IMG/VR virus record: IMGVR_UViG_3300042311_000920
Span: 9,440-73,439 of that record
Source: a virus
DNA: 64,000 bases
Strand: one strand, 5' to 3'
In this document: in pieces, positions 45,901 through 54,047 of the stretch
Position numbering within the stretch: the stretch's first letter is position 1
Layout: every line of letters starts with the position of its first letter
Translations under genes and position numbers: made by a program
The notes under the pieces: generated by a model
Databases searched by the model: none
Seen by the model: the letters and a program-made list of their open reading frames with translations, nothing else
What the model was told of the DNA's origin: nothing

Positions 45901-48025
45901 ATCTATTTTTTTCATTAAAGAAAAATTCATCAAGGGAGTAATCTATAAAAATTCCTTGTGGTTTAATTTTAATATACGTGCCGAGTGGCTCGATTATTTC
46001 GGCTCCGTCCTCGTCATTGTTACCGGTAATAAAATCTGTGTCTTGAACTTTCTTTTCGAGTACGTTTACTTTAATTACATCTTGCAACGCTCCTTGAATA
46101 TCTTTTTTTACAATAAGAACATCGCCTTCTTTTACTTTGTCTTTATTATCGCCTTCAAGTTTTATCCATCGGTACAATCCGTCTTCAAAGAAAACAGATG
46201 CGTAAATAGTTTGGTACGTCAACGGAGTTTGCTTGATTACAAATTTAAAACTCTTGGCCCAATATGGAGGCAAACTATCGAGCGATACTTTGATTGTATT
46301 CTTATTAATGCTGAATGTTTGCGGAATGTAAATCGTGTTTTTCTTACTTGTAATGACTGTTGTTTTTCTTTTGAATTCATCCATATAAAGCAATCCAACA
46401 TCGTAACTTCTATTCGATTTTACTGAACTTGACACTGCAAAATTTCTGTAAAACACAGTCGATTGGCTTTTAAAAAACCAATTATATGCTCTAGTTCCAA
46501 AAGAATCATCTAATGGGTCAGCAGGAGTTGCATCTATTTCATAAACAAAAACGGGCGCGGTAATAGTAAGTACGTTTCCTACACTAGAAAACCCAAAAGG
46601 AGTACTACTTGTTAATACGCTATTGTCAGGTGGCGTAAATTCTACTTTTGAATTAAAGTTTGTAGTTAGTGTATCTGTAAGAAAAGTAATGAATTCTGGA
46701 TCTGCAACAAAAGCATCTAAGTCGGTATAATCTTGAGCCAAAACATAATCAATTGTCCAACTGTAACTTCCTGTTTTTACTAATATACCAAGAAAACCTT
46801 CGTAAGCTGATTCCATTTCAAAACCAAAACGAATGCTATTTCCTTTTTTGAATGAAATTCCCGTAAAATCAATATTTACAACACGTCCTCCTTCGCTATA
46901 TGGCGTAGTGAGTGTATAATCTAAATTACTTCCTGTAATATCCCTTGAGATTATTGAAAGTGTATAATTCGCATTTATTTTTTTTAAATTCTCGTCAAGT
47001 AAATTATAGCCTTCAAGGTAATTCCCAAATACAACTTTGTTTCCAATAATAGTTTGAGCCAATGATTTTCTAGGAACATTATCGAACGTTCTGAAAAGTT
47101 CGCGTTCTGGCAATGCTTGGTATATTTTTTCGTTCGCAAATACAAAACTTTGATTCGTGTCGTCTCCCCATTGCTCGTCCTCTTTATTGAATGTTTCAAT
47201 AAGGTACGGAACGTTTGAGTTTGTTTTTTTGAGTATTAATTGAATATCAGTAACGCGTTTATCTCCGGTATTGAAAGTAATTCGAACGGCATTGAAACGG
47301 TTTATCATTCCAATATTTTCCATACTTTGCAAATCCAATTCAAATTCCCCAGGTGCAAACTGATAATTTGTAAAATCCGAAAATGCGGAATACTCTCCGT
47401 CAAGGTATTTGTATCGGTAGCCGAATAATTGGAAAGTTTCTTCCATGTAATTTTCAAGGCCACCCGTGTAAGTCAAAGAAACATTTGGATGATTTTTTGG
47501 CGGACTTTTAATCAAGTAAATATCTTCTTTCTCAAAGCCGTTTTCTCCGTATGTTTTTGCTCTGGAAATATTAATACACAACGGCTCCATATTGTTTTCC
47601 GTCAATAATATTAATTCTTTATTCGGGTCCTCGTGAGCGATGATATTTATAGCAGTACAAGGAAAGTCTTTTTTTAAATCAAATACTCTTGAACCGATAG
47701 CACGTGTTTCTTTTAAAAGAAACGAGGTAGTATTTGAATTTGCATCGTATTCAATTAAGAACGATCCGCTATCAGAAAGCACAAGCCAATAGATTCGATT
47801 TCTGGCATTATAAGTAAAGCCGCCTAATGTAATTGGATTGACGCCAAGGTTTAAGTTTGTGAGCCGTTTGTTGCTGTATGATTTCGTAATACCTCCTTCT
47901 TCTCCAATCTCGTTATTAATTACAATTACGTTGGTCGCTTCACGGTATTCGCCATCAGGCAACAAACGATTATCGACGTCGAGTTGCATTCTACCTGAAC
48001 TAAATGTTTTTCTGAATATTGGCAT
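42977..48025 (-). CDS. tail stabilisation/nozzle protein with C-terminal Ig-like region
   Basis: GRMQLDVDNRLLPDGEYREATN start; VPRKSLAQTIIGNKVVFGNYLEGY; IDVLAND...QPLHGT...FTYQVTD cadherin-like repeat. Confidence 0.7.
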   Translation of the reverse strand: MPIFRKTFSSGRMQLDVDNRLLPDGEYREATNVIVINNEIGEEGGITKSYSNKRLTNLNLGVNPITLGGFTYNARNRIYWLVLSDSGSFLIEYDANSNTTSFLLKETRAIGSRVFDLKKDFPCTAINIIAHEDPNKELILLTENNMEPLCINISRAKTYGENGFEKEDIYLIKSPPKNHPNVSLTYTGGLENYMEETFQLFGYRYKYLDGEYSAFSDFTNYQFAPGEFELDLQSMENIGMINRFNAVRITFNTGDKRVTDIQLILKKTNSNVPYLIETFNKEDEQWGDDTNQSFVFANEKIYQALPERELFRTFDNVPRKSLAQTIIGNKVVFGNYLEGYNLLDENLKKINANYTLSIISRDITGSNLDYTLTTPYSEGGRVVNIDFTGISFKKGNSIRFGFEMESAYEGFLGILVKTGSYSWTIDYVLAQDYTDLDAFVADPEFITFLTDTLTTNFNSKVEFTPPDNSVLTSSTPFGFSSVGNVLTITAPVFVYEIDATPADPLDDSFGTRAYNWFFKSQSTVFYRNFAVSSSVKSNRSYDVGLLYMDEFKRKTTVITSKKNTIYIPQTFSINKNTIKVSLDSLPPYWAKSFKFVIKQTPLTYQTIYASVFFEDGLYRWIKLEGDNKDKVKEGDVLIVKKDIQGALQDVIKVNVLEKKVQDTDFITGNNDEDGAEIIEPLGTYIKIKPQGIFIDYSLDEFFFNEKNRYTPVGRPVVRNEGFSKLVGTTIVDLKIPQGSVITIKLESDGRSRGKKTFEKTYISDSDYDNFKLWFDANVLPNMPLSIKENEVEAYSNVFVIRGIPIGANDYTPDPDGYLYMISEGITPGNGGRRNGFLTSTVTIRLVDGFVIFETEPKQSEDEIYYETEQSYDIVDGKHLGNLQNQTDLLPAEFELDFFNCYVQGNGAESYRVKDGLNKNYLNIDTKPTSTSIEEYKEIRRAADLTYSESFVESSSINGLNVFNLSTANFKDDLDKQYGSVQKLHSRQNDIVVLQEEKAGKVLFDKDAIFTADGNAALTSVPGVLGQWVPYQGNRGIGKNPESFSVDDDGRIKFASIRNGSISRLSLDGIEDIVYGVKSFFRDLFIAQPNARIISGFDPFLEQTVFSIGNEPERIPLFNCSNEVIKTNQDVPFSYNLLLNNLGGDIILSYNITSGNATIQVVFNEATTVVSNVTGTGNIVVVRNSLVENIATIIVTPIGGPITYSIFNTCPIGTELEIVMVVLNDNLDNEQTITNRFRRLSSSFISNDDIFNEGPVTRFQSIIGTEGVGSFPTNDDIMIIQSFKDSSNSGKLDLTKCNRLGFLISDADYEEADYLDIINDADTQFITVTETGEEDFSSTVSGNFIFNRTSTSEKLYLIWDYTDRNPVLTNDSASVTVGGEVVIDVLANDEVSVDATVEITVQPLHGTAVVNLDQIVTYTHDGTANFDDEFTYQVTDNGCSSVAKVIISIGVSCSEGLDAGGGMGIYEFLLNVGTAVGRTGIKYNAENIPDRFQMYYDDVLVADSKYVGDGITGIPPAFGGLLGPRTLDVLSYNGTDFVPTGDTVAIDVIQDDIADNLTEPTDGNGVLYFNKTTALPTAIKVVVTGPFEMTGWSITGICPIPEEELLDGVDKFVYGFFVDADKDLTTKSIGLFLGTSPAKFYTNFLGNVNFTVYGWTSTNKFINDGVTWWKIDSDGTILSTGTI

Positions 48026-48924
48026 TACAAAGTCATAGTATTAGCACGAAGTGTACGTGCGATTCGTAATAAATCAAAGTTTGCTAAAGCCATTTTTGCT
48101 TGATGCAATGTTGTTTTGTACCTTCTCAAAGCACGGTCTTTTTCATTTTGTGGCACGTTTCTTCTACGTTCAATGCACGAAAAGTAAACCCAATTTTCAA
48201 TAGTATCTCGCAAGTATTTATGTACTGTAATTTCCTCGTCAAGAAATCCTGCTTGCAATCCGTCTGAAACGTATTCAATTACAATTTCTCTATCGGATAA
48301 ATCCGAACTAAACAAAAACATTCCGCGTCGTTCATCGGGTGTAAATTCCCCAAACTGACTCAACTTAGAGGTATTTAAAGTAGGTTGGTATTCGGTTGAA
48401 AAATTATATTTTTTGTAAGGTTTTGCGTAACCGTTGGAACTGTCTGCGGTAATAATCAATCCATCTTCGTCGAAAATAATATCAGCATTATTATCTTGAA
48501 GATAACCAATTGCTGTGTTTATTTTGTAGTTTACGTCCAATGGTTGCAGTCGTAAACTTCCCGTAACGCTATCGTATTCAACAACTGAGACTCTAGCGTA
48601 ATTCACATAATCTTGTGGCATTGGCCAACACAAAGAACCTGGAACTGTAACTTCAATTGCAATTACGTCATTAGCAACTTGTCGTGTTACTTCTCGAATA
48701 GCTTGTTTTGCGTGACGTATCAGTTTACTTCTTGGCGTATTCTTTAAAAAACTGTCGTCGTCCTGTGCTTCCAAAAGCATAGAATCTATAATATCTTTCA
48801 GGTTCGTATATTGGTACGATCCGAAATTATCTTCATTGCTGTAATATTGCTCGGGAGTTTGTGGTAATCCCGAATCAATATTATTTTGCTGAATGAAATT
48901 ATATGTGTTTGAAAGTATTACCAT
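48025..48924 (-). CDS. tail ring/tubular protein
   Basis: PQDYVNYARVS...IEYVSDGL; position. Confidence 0.6.
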   Translation of the reverse strand: MVILSNTYNFIQQNNIDSGLPQTPEQYYSNEDNFGSYQYTNLKDIIDSMLLEAQDDDSFLKNTPRSKLIRHAKQAIREVTRQVANDVIAIEVTVPGSLCWPMPQDYVNYARVSVVEYDSVTGSLRLQPLDVNYKINTAIGYLQDNNADIIFDEDGLIITADSSNGYAKPYKKYNFSTEYQPTLNTSKLSQFGEFTPDERRGMFLFSSDLSDREIVIEYVSDGLQAGFLDEEITVHKYLRDTIENWVYFSCIERRRNVPQNEKDRALRRYKTTLHQAKMALANFDLLRIARTLRANTMTL

Positions 48925-48930
48925 GGCTTT

Positions 48931-49374
48931 TTATATTAATTCAGCTTTCCAATACCCAGCAATACCTACATATGTAAATCGATATGTTTCATTGTTTGCT
49001 AATGTTACTTTTGTTAAAAAAGTACCCATTGTTATAAAGATTTTTGCTTCGTTTGCTTCGTTAGACCAGATATCAATATTAGCAGATAAAGCCGTTACGA
49101 AAATTTCTTTTCCTATTACCGGTGTTGGAGGTAAAAAAGCTTGCCCTCCACCAAAGTTACAGAAATTAAAATCCGAAGTAAGTACTTGCTGAGTTCCTGT
49201 TAACGTATAAGCAGAGCTTGTTTTTACCCCTATTGGTAGATTTTCAATTTGCTCGTCAACATAGTCGACTATTTTTTTTCTGTTAGCACCATCAACAGTA
49301 GGTGTTATACTCGCTGCGGTTGTTTTATTTGTGATATCAGCATCAATCTGAGTATTTAATTCTGCTCTTGTCAT
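48931..49374 (-). CDS. putative structural protein
   Basis: 147 aa in the virion module. Confidence 0.6.
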   Translation of the reverse strand: MTRAELNTQIDADITNKTTAASITPTVDGANRKKIVDYVDEQIENLPIGVKTSSAYTLTGTQQVLTSDFNFCNFGGGQAFLPPTPVIGKEIFVTALSANIDIWSNEANEAKIFITMGTFLTKVTLANNETYRFTYVGIAGYWKAELI

Positions 49375-49388
49375 TTTTTTTTGTTTTA

Positions 49389-49655
49389 TTAGTTGTAAAC
49401 GGGACTGTAAACGCTTGTGTATATTCTTGCGTCAGTTTCGGTGTAATCTGTACCAAGTCTGATAAAGAAATTCCCGTATGTAATTCCATTGACTGTAATA
49501 GGACTTGTGAAATTATTTAAAGCCACCGGCGAATTCCAATTCACATTATCAAGTGATGTTTGGTAAAACAAATTCTCTAAGTTAAAATCAGCAGTAAAAG
49601 ATACTTCGTGACTAGATCCTACTTTTTGAACATTGGTAATGATTATCTGTGGCAT
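49389..49655 (-). CDS. putative structural protein
   Basis: 88 aa, beta-rich. Confidence 0.55.
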   Translation of the reverse strand: MPQIIITNVQKVGSSHEVSFTADFNLENLFYQTSLDNVNWNSPVALNNFTSPITVNGITYGNFFIRLGTDYTETDARIYTSVYSPVYN

Positions 49656-49657
49656 AA

Positions 49658-50368
49658 TTACGAAGCGTTTTCTTGGTTAAAGTCTTGTGCCGTTTCGTTT
49701 GTCGTCACGGCAACTAGGTCGTTTTCTTTTAGATTTATTCCAAATCTTTTCAGTGTCCGAAGCACTACGTTTGATTCCTCGCTTGGGTGCAAATCAATGT
49801 CCTGAAAATCGGATGCGGAAGGATTAAAAAGTTCTACTCCGTCAATTACTGTAAAAGTCCAATTTGCAAACTTTGGTTTTCGTAAATAAGATACGGTAAC
49901 GCTGTTGTTTATTGACGCAGGAGCGATTTTAATCTTATCCCCTACAAGTAATCCAATTGGATAATTTATTGTTGGTTTAGTGTCAGCGTAATTCGCTATA
50001 AGTTTAAATTCTTTGTTGTCTTTACAAAATTCAACCTCGTTGTTGCTTTGGTAAAATACACTATCAATAAATTGCAAGTCTGTTGGTAGTTTAAAGTAAG
50101 GCGTTTCAAATACTAAAACCACGTCTTCTTTTAGGAAGTGTAAAATTTTTTCTCTCGTTCGGTCGGGCAAGTTTACCAATCCACCGCTGATTAGACCTCT
50201 GTTCTCCCGATTAATCAATCTATTTACGTCAGCGAAGTATTCATCTATAATCTCGTGAACTACGTCGTCAATCGCTAAACGTGCGTCACTAGGCTTTACA
50301 TTACCTCGAATATCGCTGTTAGTGAACGTTAATACTTTTTTATATACTTTGTCGATTGAGATAGCCAT
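49658..50368 (-). CDS. head-tail adaptor/ring protein
   Basis: VSYLRKPK..W...DIDLHPSE pattern; position after the capsid genes. Confidence 0.6.
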   Translation of the reverse strand: MAISIDKVYKKVLTFTNSDIRGNVKPSDARLAIDDVVHEIIDEYFADVNRLINRENRGLISGGLVNLPDRTREKILHFLKEDVVLVFETPYFKLPTDLQFIDSVFYQSNNEVEFCKDNKEFKLIANYADTKPTINYPIGLLVGDKIKIAPASINNSVTVSYLRKPKFANWTFTVIDGVELFNPSASDFQDIDLHPSEESNVVLRTLKRFGINLKENDLVAVTTNETAQDFNQENAS

Positions 50369-50380
50369 AATTCATATTTT

Positions 50381-50409
50381 AAAAAAAAGCCTTGCCATAA
50401 GACAAGGCA
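50381..50409 (-). terminator. rho-independent terminator
   Basis: GCCTTG...CAAGGC hairpin preceded by an A-run on +. Confidence 0.6.
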
Positions 50410-50458
50410 TTTTCACTTCGGGAAAAAATTGCACTAAAAACTAAAAATAGTGGTTCTG

Positions 50459-51448
50459 TTACTCTTGAAGTTTTTTATTAATCCATTCAAGATTTGTTTT
50501 ATATGGGGCTGGTAGTTGCTTGTTAAATTTCGCTACGTACTGCTCTTGAGCTTCTTTTAGCACGTCCAAATCAGTTGCTTCTTCATTAGCGAATGTTGCG
50601 GTTGGCGCAATGTTTCCATAATTAACAAGCATTGCTTTTAACTCGGCAATTTCTCTGTCTTTTTCAGATAGTTTGCTTTGAATCTCATTATCCTTTGCAG
50701 CTTTATTCAATTTAGTATCAAGCCTTTCTTGAAACTCTTGCATCAATATCAAAGATTCTGGCGATTGTTTCCGTAAGAACTCGGAAAGTTTATCCAATCC
50801 GTTCTCTCCTTGCGCAACGTGAACGATAACTCCTTCGCTGTCCGACCATACGATTGCCGTGTGTGTCTGATTAATTTTTACGATACCAGAAACCAATGCT
50901 AATCCGGCTACGAATTTTGTTTCGTACGTATCGGCTTCTATAGTGTCGATAATCTCTTTTGGACTACTGACAGCTTTTGCTTTTAATTCTGCGGAACATT
51001 GTGTATTTGATTTATAGAAATACGTCAATCCAAATATCGCCATTGCAATAGCTTTAATCTTATCTTCGTCTGATTGTTTAATGTATTCAAGCGCTTTTTC
51101 AACATCGTCGAATTTCATCAAACTCTCTTTAGCCTCAAGTTCTTTACTGAAAATTTTCCATTTTCTGTTTGCCCAAGGATGTTGTTTTGTTAAATAATTA
51201 AACAAAGAAATATCAGAATCGTCAAATGTCAATTCAGTTGCTTTTGCAAGCGCATTGTAAGTAAAATCAGGAACCTTTGATGGCTTAATGTCTTTATTGG
51301 TAATATCTTCCGTAAAGTTAGAATCTTGACCTGGATAGTAATTTATGTACTTTTTTCCCTTGTTTTCTTTGGTAGCCATTACGCCTTCTTGCGGAACAGA
51401 CCACGTAAGAGGAGTATCTTGACCTGTTAATCTTAAAGTAACTTTCAT
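50459..51448 (-). CDS. hypothetical protein downstream of the capsid gene
   Basis: 329-aa ORF. Confidence 0.7.
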   Translation of the reverse strand: MKVTLRLTGQDTPLTWSVPQEGVMATKENKGKKYINYYPGQDSNFTEDITNKDIKPSKVPDFTYNALAKATELTFDDSDISLFNYLTKQHPWANRKWKIFSKELEAKESLMKFDDVEKALEYIKQSDEDKIKAIAMAIFGLTYFYKSNTQCSAELKAKAVSSPKEIIDTIEADTYETKFVAGLALVSGIVKINQTHTAIVWSDSEGVIVHVAQGENGLDKLSEFLRKQSPESLILMQEFQERLDTKLNKAAKDNEIQSKLSEKDREIAELKAMLVNYGNIAPTATFANEEATDLDVLKEAQEQYVAKFNKQLPAPYKTNLEWINKKLQE

Positions 51449-51473
51449 TTTTTTTAGTTTTTTAATTTTAAGT

Positions 51474-51504
51474 AAAAAATGCCGAGACTTTGAAATCTCG
51501 GCAT
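51474..51504 (-). terminator. terminator after the major capsid gene
   Basis: ATGCCGAGA-CTTTGAAA-TCTCGGCAT with A-run. Confidence 0.75.
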
Positions 51505-51515
51505 CAATCTATTTA

Positions 51516-52877
51516 TTAATAAAATTCAGTTTTTCTACCCACGAAGAAGGCGTTTACACCTGCCATGTCAACTGTAAGTTCTGACAAAAGCTGTACGTGA
51601 GAAGCGTCTCTTGTAACTGGAGTTCCAAGAACACCAAAAGCTTTCATTTGACGCTTACGATTAACAGTACCGCTAGTTCTGTAACGTAGGTTGATGTATG
51701 GTTTAGAAGATGTAACTCCATTTTCCATTACTGCAGAATTTCCTGTTGGAATCAACACATACGCAATAGAAGTAGTATCAAACAATTCAGCAGCCATAAG
51801 TGTAGGGTCATCCAACAAAGCCCATGATGCAAAGTGAAATTGAACACCATCAATAAATACAGATACGAAATCCAAGTTCAAAGCCATGTCTTTACTGTTA
51901 TTGAACGCTCCGTAGTGAGATCCATTCATAAATGAAGAGTTCAAACCAGCACAAAGGATTCGCAATCTAGCCATTTGGTCGTGACCACACCACATTGTGT
52001 ATTCTCTACAAGAAGTCCCTTGTCTTTTGATTCTTTTCGCTAAATCGGAAAGATCGTCCTGAGTAGTAATAAAATCATTAGAAATATTTCCTCGACTTTC
52101 AATTGTAGGAATTACACCGTTCAAACCTTGAGCATTACCAGCTACTGTAGAAGGCGCGTTGTCAGCAGCTCTCTTATGGAAAATAGCAGTCAATTCGATT
52201 TTATTGTCAAACTTTGTGTAAGTTCTGTCCAATTCGAAATTCCACCACATAGGTCCTGCACCAGTCTGTACCCAAGTTTTTTGCGCCAAGTCTGAATCGG
52301 AAATTTCATAGAATTCCTGAACGATTTGCGGGTGAAACTTGTAAGTCAACATACTTTGTTTTTTACCTTCTGTAAAAGCATCATCACCTTTAAGGAATCT
52401 ACTTGAGAAGTCAGCTTGAACACTCACAGGAGTAGCTGAAAAAGCAAATGCAACACCGTCAGAAAGAGCGGTAAATACAGTTCCAGAATTAATAGCAGAT
52501 ACAATACCTTGGTATTCATCAGTACCATCAGAAATTCTAACAACATCTTTTACTCGCAATCCGTGAGCCTCGCCACAAGTAAAAACATTATTTGTAGCGC
52601 TAACGCCAGTAAGGATTTTGTGAAGTCTGTTTACTTCGGCGTGTTGTACGTAATCACTTTCAAAAGTGCTTTCTGTACCGTTTGTAACAGCTCTCATAAA
52701 TCCAAGAATACTTCCCTTTCCGTTTGCATACATTAATTCAGGAACAAGTTCCGGAACGTTTTGTGACAAATAATCAAATGAAGACGCAAAGTTTTCTGGC
52801 AATGCGCGAAGGGAGCTTAAATTGTCTGTAATAACGGCTACTCCAGAGCCATTAAAATCTTTTAAATCAAATGCCAT
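51516..52877 (-). CDS. major capsid protein
   Basis: 453 aa after portal and scaffold; GLNGVIPTIESRGN, ALNLDF. Confidence 0.75.
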   Translation of the reverse strand: MAFDLKDFNGSGVAVITDNLSSLRALPENFASSFDYLSQNVPELVPELMYANGKGSILGFMRAVTNGTESTFESDYVQHAEVNRLHKILTGVSATNNVFTCGEAHGLRVKDVVRISDGTDEYQGIVSAINSGTVFTALSDGVAFAFSATPVSVQADFSSRFLKGDDAFTEGKKQSMLTYKFHPQIVQEFYEISDSDLAQKTWVQTGAGPMWWNFELDRTYTKFDNKIELTAIFHKRAADNAPSTVAGNAQGLNGVIPTIESRGNISNDFITTQDDLSDLAKRIKRQGTSCREYTMWCGHDQMARLRILCAGLNSSFMNGSHYGAFNNSKDMALNLDFVSVFIDGVQFHFASWALLDDPTLMAAELFDTTSIAYVLIPTGNSAVMENGVTSSKPYINLRYRTSGTVNRKRQMKAFGVLGTPVTRDASHVQLLSELTVDMAGVNAFFVGRKTEFY

Positions 52878-52896
52878 GATTGTAGTTTTTTATAAA

Positions 52897-53970
52897 TTAT
52901 CTTAATCCGAATACCTCGTGTATCGGCTTAACAACAACACCATCAATTTTTTGTTTTTCGAGCGTTCTATGGGTTTCGTAATTTACGTTCCCTCTCTGCT
53001 TCAAAATCTCTTCTGTGTTCTTGGCTACTGCCTTGTGAACAATGGAAGCAATTGCTTTTTCCCTGTTGTTTTTGTTTCTCCAAAACATATCCTCACCGAA
53101 TTGTTTATGGTTGAAACTTTCTTTCGGTCCGTAATCTTTTAGAATTTCAGCATCAATATTTGACACGTTTGACAACATACTATGCTTGTCTTTTTCGTCA
53201 AAATCATAACTAAAAACTTCTTTTCTTTCGGTTCCGTTATCGTCAAATACTACTTCAAAAGCGGAAGCGGCAACACTGTTCACTGCTTCTTTTGCAATCT
53301 CAATAGTTTTTTGACTTTCTTTCTCCAAAATTTCTAAATCAGATTTAAGCATCACGGAACCATTTGGTAATCGCACATACTCGTTTTTTTCTTGATTTTG
53401 ATTTTCTGGTTTATTTTCAATTGGCTTGCGGTATTTCTCCTGCTCGGCTTTTTTTTCTTCTAAAATGGATTTGGTGTATTGAGCCAATTTGATTTGGTCA
53501 GACCCACTCATGTCTTCAATGTCAATACCTAAAGTATCTGCAAGGTATTCATCGGCTTGTTCGTCAGTAAGTGTAGTTAAACCACTTTCTTTTCTAACTT
53601 TTTCACGTGCCAAGTTGATTCTAGGAAGTTCATCAAGATTTGAATTTAAAGCTTCAAAATCTTTACGACCTCGACCCGTTTCTTTTTTGTAAGTCAAATA
53701 AGCTTTATCATCGTCATCAAGAATATCCTCATACGGATTCACTTCTTTTGTTTCAATGATTTTTTCGGGAACGCGTTTTAAGTCTTCAATGGTTTCAAAT
53801 TCGAAGCCTTGCTCTTTTAGGTAAGCCGTGGCGATTTCAGCCTGTGTAGGCTGTGTAGTTTCTTGGGAGTTCTGATTCTCTTGAGAAGCATCAAGATTAT
53901 TTGATAAATCTTGAGTTTGATTCTCTTGGTTTTCAGCCCCTGTCATCTCGACGTTGGCATTATTTTCCAT
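52897..53970 (-). CDS. putative scaffolding protein
   Basis: Acidic, low-complexity N-terminus; between portal and capsid. Confidence 0.65.
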   Translation of the reverse strand: MENNANVEMTGAENQENQTQDLSNNLDASQENQNSQETTQPTQAEIATAYLKEQGFEFETIEDLKRVPEKIIETKEVNPYEDILDDDDKAYLTYKKETGRGRKDFEALNSNLDELPRINLAREKVRKESGLTTLTDEQADEYLADTLGIDIEDMSGSDQIKLAQYTKSILEEKKAEQEKYRKPIENKPENQNQEKNEYVRLPNGSVMLKSDLEILEKESQKTIEIAKEAVNSVAASAFEVVFDDNGTERKEVFSYDFDEKDKHSMLSNVSNIDAEILKDYGPKESFNHKQFGEDMFWRNKNNREKAIASIVHKAVAKNTEEILKQRGNVNYETHRTLEKQKIDGVVVKPIHEVFGLR

Positions 53971-53991
53971 ACTGTATTTAGTTTTCGATTA

Positions 53992-53999
53992 CAAATATA
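53992..53999 (-). promoter_or_regulatory. -7 promoter element upstream of scaffold/capsid genes
   Basis: TATATTTG on the minus strand, 22 bp before the ATG. Confidence 0.5.
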
Positions 54000-54047
54000 A
54001 TTGTTTTTATCTATTGTAATGCAATTTGTTATAAATTTTATTTATTG

